Shown here piece after piece: positions 61,501-64,000 of a stretch of 64,000 nt of DNA. The position numbers and the translations under genes were made by a program. This DNA comes from Podarcis gaigeae. Lineage: Eukaryota. Position 1 is the stretch's first letter. Each line of letters starts with the position of its first letter. The stretch is taken from assembly GCA_964106915.2 (NCBI GenBank), contig OZ066921.1. One strand, 5' to 3'. The notes beneath the pieces were generated by a model, which did not search any database, was not told where the DNA came from, and saw only the letters and a program-made list of their open reading frames with translations.

Positions 61501-63673
61501 AACTCTCCTGTCAGAGCCTGTTTCTTCAAATCCAGCCATTTTACAGAGGCAGCTTGCCAGTGCCAAAGTAAGTGAACAGGGCTCATGGCTCCCCTGGCTT
61601 AGTCTTGGAATTGTTAGGAATCTGGGTTAGCATATGGGGTTGTACATTACATATATGGCAGCCTTCACCAAAACTGCTACCCTCCAGATGTTGTTGGATT
61701 CCAATTTCCATCAGCCCCAGGCAGCATGGGCAGCGACCAAGGATAATGGGAGTTGTAGTCCAACAACATTCAGAGGGCACTCACGTGGGGAAGCCAAGTA
61801 TGCTGCCTTGCTTGATCTCAGTCATAGAATGTGTAGTCCCCAAAAGAGCACAGACGTGTGCAAAGTACATTTTCCTCTACACTGAATATTTCATTCATCC
61901 ATTCATTCCATTTATTCATCTCATAGTGAAAATATTTCCCTGGGTGACTTATAAAGTGATATCAACAAAATAAAAACTTATGATTCAGGAATAAACCAAT
62001 TAAACCCACCCAGCAACAATTTAAAAAAAAATCAGTGCAACGTGACCAACGTATGTCAATAACCAATGACCAGTTCACTGCCCGTAAAGCACTGCCTACC
62101 CCCCAAAAGCTTGGCCCAGTTAGTTGCCATCAAAGTTGGCAAGATCAATGATGGTTAAAAACACAGGGTGTCCATGATGATTAAGTATATTATGAACATA
62201 GGAAGCTGTGTTCTATTGAGTCCGACCATTGGTTGGTCTCTGGCAGCAGCTCTCCAAGTTTTCAGGTAGGGGTCTCTCCCAGCCCTACCTGAAGATGCCC
62301 AAGATTGACCTGAGGACCTTCCATGTGCAAAACAGATGCCCTGCCATTGACATATGGCCCTTCCCTAACCACAGCCAGGTTTTATTGAGATATTATATAA
62401 AAGAACTGCAGGTTATTCTTCATGTCTGTCCCTGCTCTAATTCCTGCTCTGCTCTCACTGCCATGTCACTTGCAACAGCACCTGCAGGAAGACCTTGCAG
62501 AGCACCAAGTGCCTGTAGAGAGGCTTCAGAAGGCAGCTCGGTCCCTCTTGGAAATACACGAAGCGCCCTTACCTGATCACAGAGGCATTCAGGAAACCAC
62601 AGGTAAGGATGGAAAGAGCTGCTTTCTGGCCCTTGTTGTTCTGTGGACTTCCCAGGGGGGTTCTGGAAATGGGAAGGTGTTGTTTGAGATCACCACCTCC
62701 AGCATCAAAGTGGCTTGGGCTGGCCAGCTCTGAGAAGTAACATTTCTCGGCCTCCTTAGTTGGCCTTTTACACATCTGAGTGATTTGTGGCAGCTGGACC
62801 CCACACGATCTATGGGGTACTGTACTGGAAGCCCTCCACCCATTTTAATTTTCCACACCCGGTTTGTAATGGATTTGGTTCTCCCTCAGATTCCCTCGTG
62901 AGCCGTTTCCAGAACCTATCCTGTCAGATGGCAGAACGCTCAGACCTCTTGCAGAAGTCCATTGCCCAGTCCCAAAGTGTGCAGGAGGGGCTGGAGAGCC
63001 TCCTTCAGTCCGTGGCTGAGGTAGAGAGGAACCTCCAGAAGGAAGACGTGGCTGCTTTCTCCTCCACCTCCATCCAGGAGACCCTCGCCACAAACATGGT
63101 AAGCTGGGGTTTGTATTTGCTTTCTGTCCATGGTTTTCTTCCCAAATATTTCTGTGCAGGATAGACTAAAGTATTTTTATGCACACTTTGGAATGCACCA
63201 AAATTGCACTGCAAAAGCAAGAAACATGCATAGTCCAACTGGGAGTTGCGTTCCAATCCACAATGAAGTTCAGGATTGGGTCAGTTGGCTGTGAAAAGAA
63301 TTCCTTCCCCCCAATCCTTATGTCTGCCTGCCTGCCCTTGTGTGTCCATTAACAGAAGCTGAAGCAGGACATCGCCAGGCAAAAGAGCAGCCTCGAAGCC
63401 ACCCGGGAGATGGTGACCCGCTTCATGGAGACCGCCGACAGTGCCACAGCTGCCGCTCTGCAGAGCAAGCTGGCCGAGGTGACGGAGCGCTTTGGCAGCC
63501 TTTGCCGGCAGCAGCAGGAGAAAGAGGACGCCTTGAAGGGTCTCCTCCCCAAGGTGGAGCAGTATGAGCACCTCTCTGAGAAACTGCATCAGTTCATGGA
63601 GAGCAGGATGCGGCTGTTGGCCTCAGGAAACCAGCCTGATCGTGACATTGCTCACTTCTCCCAACAGATCCAG
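5391..63673 (+). CDS. MACF1: MACF1 (microtubule-actin crosslinking factor 1, ACF7), partial multi-exon gene: CH2 + plakin + plectin repeats + start of spectrin rod; 43 exons in window
   Basis: Phase-consistent GT-AG exon chain. [51 protein letters not shown] and [29 protein letters not shown] match MACF1 as I recall it, rather than DST or PLEC. Confidence 0.96.
5812..5924 (+). CDS. MACF1: MACF1 exon, CH2 ([37 protein letters not shown])
   Basis: ctgcag|G ... GAAG|gtgatg; phase 2>1. Confidence 0.95.
7497..7603 (+). CDS. MACF1: MACF1 exon, CH2 end ([36 protein letters not shown])
   Basis: ttctag|AT ... ACT|gtaagc; phase 1>0; [12 protein letters not shown]2 motif. Confidence 0.95.
8763..8882 (+). 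CDS. MACF1: MACF1 exon, plakin domain ([10 protein letters not shown]...PQNPVELK)
   Basis: tgtag|GAG ... AAG|gtaaac; 120 nt, phase 0>0. Confidence 0.93.
9425..9635 (+). mobile_element. RTE-clade LINE 3' fragment
   Basis: ORF 9384-9614 ends [22 protein letters not shown], typical of RTE ORF C-termini. Confidence 0.7.
9836..10030 (+). mobile_element. tRNA-derived squamate SINE
   Basis: A-box-like TAGCTCA and B-box GGTTCAATCC; related copies near 5120, 62200 (-) and 63730 (+). Confidence 0.7.
10414..10509 (+). CDS. MACF1: MACF1 exon ([32 protein letters not shown])
   Basis: tgcag|GCA ... GAG|gtgaga; 96 nt. Confidence 0.93.
10790..11015 (-). mobile_element. MIR/CORE-like SINE
   Basis: ccattttatcctcacaac...ggatttgaac...taaccactacac; a related + copy lies at about 60995-61200. 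Confidence 0.55.
11123..11250 (+). CDS. MACF1: MACF1 exon ([43 protein letters not shown])
   Basis: tccag|ACC ... AG|gtaggt; phase 0>2. Confidence 0.94.
11470..11563 (+). CDS. MACF1: MACF1 exon ([31 protein letters not shown])
   Basis: tacag|G ... GCT|gtgagt; phase 2>0. Confidence 0.94.
12317..12471 (+). CDS. MACF1: MACF1 exon (DEAHLESGQ...[12 protein letters not shown])
   Basis: gccag|GAT ... AA|gtaagg; phase 0>2. Confidence 0.94.
12867..13164 (+). CDS. MACF1: MACF1 exon ([15 protein letters not shown]...[16 protein letters not shown])
   Basis: cccag|G ... CAG|gtgtgt; phase 2>0. Confidence 0.94.
14031..14159 (+). CDS. MACF1: MACF1 exon ([18 protein letters not shown]...KEARMYE)
   Basis: ttcag|ATG ... 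GAG|gtaagc; WGSDLPSV plakin motif. Confidence 0.95.
15262..15339 (+). CDS. MACF1: MACF1 exon ([26 protein letters not shown])
   Basis: taaag|GGT ... ATG|gtgagt; 78 nt. Confidence 0.93.
16010..16154. other. Assembly gap (N run)
   Basis: 145 N. Confidence 1.
16450..16611 (+). CDS. MACF1: MACF1 exon ([10 protein letters not shown]...[21 protein letters not shown])
   Basis: tgcag|GAA ... TCG|gtgagt; 162 nt. Confidence 0.95.
16803..16920. mobile_element. Short palindromic MITE-like element
   Basis: ctcagagtagacc ... ggtctactctgag inverted arms. Confidence 0.6.
17664..17768 (+). CDS. MACF1: MACF1 exon ([10 protein letters not shown]...[10 protein letters not shown])
   Basis: tgcag|GAG ... GAG|gtaaga; 105 nt. 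Confidence 0.94.
18615..18710 (+). CDS. MACF1: MACF1 exon ([32 protein letters not shown])
   Basis: cacag|GCA ... CAG|gtacag; 96 nt. Confidence 0.95.
18926..19283 (+). mobile_element. Full-length, CpG-rich Sauria SINE
   Basis: GGGACGCAGGTGGCGCTGTGG head, B-box GGTTTGAATCC, (ACCTTT)n tail, 15-bp TSD TTACCTTACTTTAGA (18910-18924 / 19280-19294). Confidence 0.92.
19820..20110 (-). mobile_element. CR1 LINE ORF2 3' fragment
   Basis: Reverse strand resembles the end of CR1 ORF2 (ctgttccactgt..., tatttgaagatggct..., aggctaaacatac). Confidence 0.7.
20627..20752 (+). CDS. MACF1: MACF1 exon ([12 protein letters not shown]...LEDLLQDSM)
   Basis: tgcag|TTC ... ATG|gtgggt; 126 nt. Confidence 0.94.
22639..22776. 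other. Assembly gap (N run)
   Basis: 138 N. Confidence 1.
23153..23184. repeat. (TG)n microsatellite
   Basis: Pure TG run. Confidence 0.95.
23367..23519 (+). CDS. MACF1: MACF1 exon ([10 protein letters not shown]...[11 protein letters not shown]), start of SH3
   Basis: gacag|GAT ... GAG|gtgagc; 153 nt. Confidence 0.95.
23647..23674. repeat. (GAT)n microsatellite
   Basis: GAT run. Confidence 0.95.
24327..24349. repeat. (TAGA)n microsatellite
   Basis: TAGA run. Confidence 0.9.
24860..25014 (+). CDS. MACF1: MACF1 exon, plakin SH3 ([37 protein letters not shown]...)
   Basis: cgcag|ATC ... AG|gtaaag; phase 0>2. Confidence 0.95.
26018..26144 (+). CDS. MACF1: MACF1 exon ([28 protein letters not shown]...NMEK)
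   Basis: tgtag|G ... AAG|gtaata; phase 2>0. Confidence 0.94.
27311..27494 (+). CDS. MACF1: MACF1 exon ([11 protein letters not shown]...QQLLQSMEN)
   Basis: cacag|CTC ... AATG|gtaagc; phase 0>1. Confidence 0.93.
27673..28110. mobile_element. GC-rich non-autonomous hAT-like DNA transposon fragment
   Basis: Starts CAGGGGTCAGCAAACTTTTT (hAT-like terminus); CpG-rich interior with internal direct repeats; right end not found. Confidence 0.5.
28618..28787 (+). CDS. MACF1: MACF1 exon ([20 protein letters not shown]...RLAEQE)
   Basis: tacag|AG ... GAG|gttggt; phase 1>0. Confidence 0.93.
28976..29154 (+). CDS. MACF1: MACF1 exon (RLKEDLNHL...[11 protein letters not shown])
   Basis: tgcag|AGA ... AA|gtgagt; phase 0>2. 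Confidence 0.93.
29738..29876 (+). CDS. MACF1: MACF1 exon ([22 protein letters not shown]...HRATLQ)
   Basis: gatag|G ... CAG|gtaagc; phase 2>0. Confidence 0.94.
31305..31498 (+). CDS. MACF1: MACF1 exon ([10 protein letters not shown]...[12 protein letters not shown])
   Basis: tgcag|CAA ... CG|gtgaga; phase 0>2. Confidence 0.93.
32184..32346 (+). CDS. MACF1: MACF1 exon ([15 protein letters not shown]...SEQLSQQM)
   Basis: gacag|C ... ATG|gtaagg; phase 2>0. Confidence 0.93.
32635..32774 (-). mobile_element. tRNA-Lys(CTT)-derived SINE with CR1-type 3' tail
   Basis: Minus strand GGGATAGCTCAGTTAGTAGAGCATGAGACTCTTAATCCCAGGGTTGTGGGTTCA...TTGGGCG followed by ...CCCTTCCAATTCTATGATTCTAT. Confidence 0.85.
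33159..33242 (+). CDS. MACF1: MACF1 exon ([28 protein letters not shown])
   Basis: ttaag|GCA ... AAG|gtaaaa; 84 nt. Confidence 0.93.
33607..33830. mobile_element. Tigger/pogo-like MITE
   Basis: TIRs (t)AGTCGTACCTT / AAGGTACGACTG, flanked by TA. Confidence 0.8.
33843..34285. mobile_element. Tc1/mariner (Tc2-like) MITE
   Basis: TIRs CCGTATTGGCCTGAATATAAGCCGCAC / GTGCGGCCTATATTTGGGCCAATACGG; TA on the left, CA on the right. Confidence 0.8.
34467..34519. repeat. (AAT)n microsatellite
   Basis: Pure AAT run. Confidence 0.98.
34541..34963. mobile_element. Long palindromic Harbinger-like MITE
   Basis: Termini GGCCTAGTTCACATGTAA / TTACATGTGAACAAGGGC, 3-bp ATT on both sides, internal inverted arms; related pieces near 30520-30890, 32375-32570 and 42340-42690. 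Confidence 0.65.
35152..35259 (+). CDS. MACF1: MACF1 exon ([36 protein letters not shown])
   Basis: gtcag|GAC ... GAG|gtgagg; conserved plakin C-terminal motif. Confidence 0.95.
35590..35795. mobile_element. MITE with GGGTGCTTCCAGA termini; second copy at about 51774-52004
   Basis: TIR GGGTGCTTCCAGA / TCTGGAAGCATCC; shared internal gcatcaaaatgc.agcctgt. Confidence 0.6.
36657..36755 (+). CDS. MACF1: MACF1 exon ([33 protein letters not shown])
   Basis: tccag|TTC ... GAA|gtaagt; 99 nt. Confidence 0.95.
37463..37615 (+). CDS. MACF1: MACF1 exon ([21 protein letters not shown]...SILEQQ)
   Basis: tgcag|AAA ... CAG|gtgcgt; 153 nt. Confidence 0.93.
38379..38467 (+). CDS. MACF1: MACF1 exon ([30 protein letters not shown])
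   Basis: atcag|GTT ... AA|gtgagt; phase 0>2. Confidence 0.93.
38983..39118 (+). CDS. MACF1: MACF1 exon ([10 protein letters not shown]...HMAQETAHK), last exon before the alternatively spliced block
   Basis: tgcag|G ... AAG|gtatcc; phase 2>0. Confidence 0.92.
40354..40393 (+). other. Candidate 40-nt cassette exon ([13 protein letters not shown]), phase 0>1
   Basis: Branch point CACTAAC at 40331, aagcag acceptor, donor AAG|gttgta (or GTT|gtatgg 3 nt later, also phase 1); no pyrimidine tract. Confidence 0.35.
41279..41392 (+). other. Candidate 114-nt cassette or 5'UTR exon, open in the phase-1 frame
   Basis: T-rich tract then aaacag acceptor; strong donor TG|gtaagt; length divisible by 3. Confidence 0.45.
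41921..42056. mobile_element. Young hAT (Charlie-like) hairpin MITE
   Basis: Perfect 58-bp inverted arms (41921-41978 / 41999-42056); 8-bp TSD CTCTAGGG (41913-41920 / 42057-42064). Confidence 0.93.
43029..43175. mobile_element. hAT-like MITE with CCCTAA-containing internal repeats
   Basis: TIR CAGTGGCGTAGCGTGGG / CCCACGCTACGCCAATG; 8-bp TSD CACATACA / CACACACA. Confidence 0.8.
43889..49279 (+). CDS. MACF1: MACF1 giant plectin-repeat exon (MACF1b type), 5,391 nt / 1,797 codons; two plectin-repeat clusters plus acidic spacers
   Basis: Long pyrimidine tract ctctttag|GGA ... AAG|gtaggt; ORF 43901-49453; repeated LLEAQxxTGGIIDPxxGxRLTVxEA motifs; phase 0>0. Confidence 0.94.
50620..50769 (+). CDS. 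MACF1: MACF1 exon, b-type block ([15 protein letters not shown]...ELLRQAE)
   Basis: catag|GCT ... GAG|gtaaga; 150 nt, open, helical. Confidence 0.85.
50890..50980 (-). mobile_element. Old Penelope-like remnant with degenerate hammerhead motif
   Basis: aagagtcttgtggcacc...taagcttttgtggactacagtccactcgatcagatg. Confidence 0.55.
51442..51657 (+). CDS. MACF1: MACF1 exon, b-type block (ALDAELRNL...[19 protein letters not shown]...EAEK)
   Basis: cttag|GCC ... AAG|gtactg; 216 nt. Confidence 0.88.
52916..53065 (+). CDS. MACF1: MACF1 exon, b-type block ([24 protein letters not shown]...CLQSYK)
   Basis: Spectrin-repeat LQELLSW motif; donor AAG|gtagtt; acceptor is an unusual GAG (alternative in-frame CAG would start the exon at 52934). 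Confidence 0.82.
55168..55395 (+). CDS. MACF1: MACF1 exon, b-type block ([47 protein letters not shown]...EQTDQ)
   Basis: gccag|GAG; donor CAG|gtgaca (a second in-frame donor lies 6 nt downstream). Confidence 0.88.
57148..57167 (+). other. Candidate 20-nt microexon (xTANTSK), phase 1>0
   Basis: Strong tract ctctctttttccttcag, TGCATG at 57118, weak donor AAG|gttttg. Confidence 0.35.
58382..58531 (+). CDS. MACF1: MACF1 exon, spectrin rod ([24 protein letters not shown]...SQSDVK)
   Basis: aaacag|ACA ... AAG|gtgaga; 150 nt. Confidence 0.92.
58976..59209 (+). CDS. MACF1: MACF1 exon ([13 protein letters not shown]...VQQQTEK)
   Basis: attag|GAC ... AAG|gtacag; 234 nt. Confidence 0.92.
59447..59659 (+). 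CDS. MACF1: MACF1 exon ([21 protein letters not shown]...LHYESLK)
   Basis: tccag|ATT ... AAG|gttggt; 213 nt. Confidence 0.9.
60071..60613 (+). CDS. MACF1: MACF1 exon ([11 protein letters not shown]...[21 protein letters not shown]...RYSSLHSK)
   Basis: tccag|GTC ... AAG|gtacaa; 543 nt. Confidence 0.94.
60677..60925. mobile_element. hAT-like MITE
   Basis: TIR CAGTGGTTCCCAAA / TTTGGGAACCACTG; degraded 8-bp TSD (5/8). Confidence 0.7.
61391..61567 (+). CDS. MACF1: MACF1 exon ([12 protein letters not shown]...LQRQLASAK)
   Basis: tgcag|TGT ... AAA|gtaagt; 177 nt. Confidence 0.93.
62195..62365 (-). mobile_element. tRNA-derived squamate SINE
   Basis: Reverse-complement similarity to 9836-10030. 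Confidence 0.6.
62479..62602 (+). CDS. MACF1: MACF1 exon ([18 protein letters not shown]...IQETT)
   Basis: aacag|CAC ... ACAG|gtaagg; phase 0>1. Confidence 0.92.
62890..63098 (+). CDS. MACF1: MACF1 exon ([10 protein letters not shown]...[15 protein letters not shown]...LATNM)
   Basis: ctcag|AT ... ATG|gtaagc; phase 1>0. Confidence 0.93.
63356..63673 (+). CDS. MACF1: MACF1 exon ([29 protein letters not shown]...HFSQQIQ)
   Basis: aacag|AAG ... CAG|gtgaga; 318 nt. Confidence 0.94.
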
Positions 63674-64000
63674 GTGAGAAGCTGAAGAATGATGGTGGTG
63701 GAGAGAGATAGAGAGGAGTGATGGGGGAGCAGGCATAGCTCAGGTGTGGAGCCACAGGATTGTATGCACAGGGGCCTAGGTTCAGTCCCTGGCACTTTGA
63801 GGTGCTAAGCTGGGAAATGCCTTTGGGGACTTGATGGACCAAAGGTCTGGCTCAGAATAAAGCAGGTTTTACATGCATGGGAATGCAGCATGAACACTGA
63901 AAACGAGGGCTCGTTTGTAATCCTGATTGCTGGGGGAGAATGTGTGTGAGAGAGCAAGATGGAGGAGGGAAGGAGTTTGTGAATAAGTGAGTGTCTCTTA

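Noticed and set aside
5391-63673. Assignment to dystonin (DST) or plectin
   Set aside because: The CH2, plectin-repeat and rod peptides match MACF1 as I recall it, and plectin has no spectrin-repeat rod.
564-63842. The many 60-200 aa ORFs in the track, including antisense ORFs such as 44533-45120 and 25807-26427
   Set aside because: They are shadows of MACF1 exons, repeat-derived or chance ORFs with no recognisable domains.

Overview
Vertebrate genomic DNA from a squamate reptile, probably a lacertid lizard (inferred from a Sauria SINE and other lizard-type repeats). The window lies inside one + strand gene, the spectraplakin MACF1 (ACF7). I traced 43 GT-AG coding exons from 5391 to 63673 with consistent phases. 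They run from the CH2 half of the actin-binding domain through the plakin domain (with SH3), a 5,391-bp plectin-repeat exon of MACF1b type with four companion exons, and into the spectrin-repeat rod. The gene starts before and continues past the window. Introns hold SINEs (Sauria, tRNA-Lys/CR1-tail, others), LINE fragments (RTE, CR1, L2), many palindromic MITEs, Penelope-like remnants, microsatellites and two N gaps. Two observations stand out. (1) Three small candidate exons (40354-40393, 41279-41392, 57148-57167) have complementary phases (0>1, 1>1, 1>0). They could form an in-frame third splicing route around the plectin-repeat block. (2) Minimal hammerhead-ribozyme motifs sit in Penelope-like inverted repeats. 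Repeat family names and comparisons to human proteins are from recall, not database searches.
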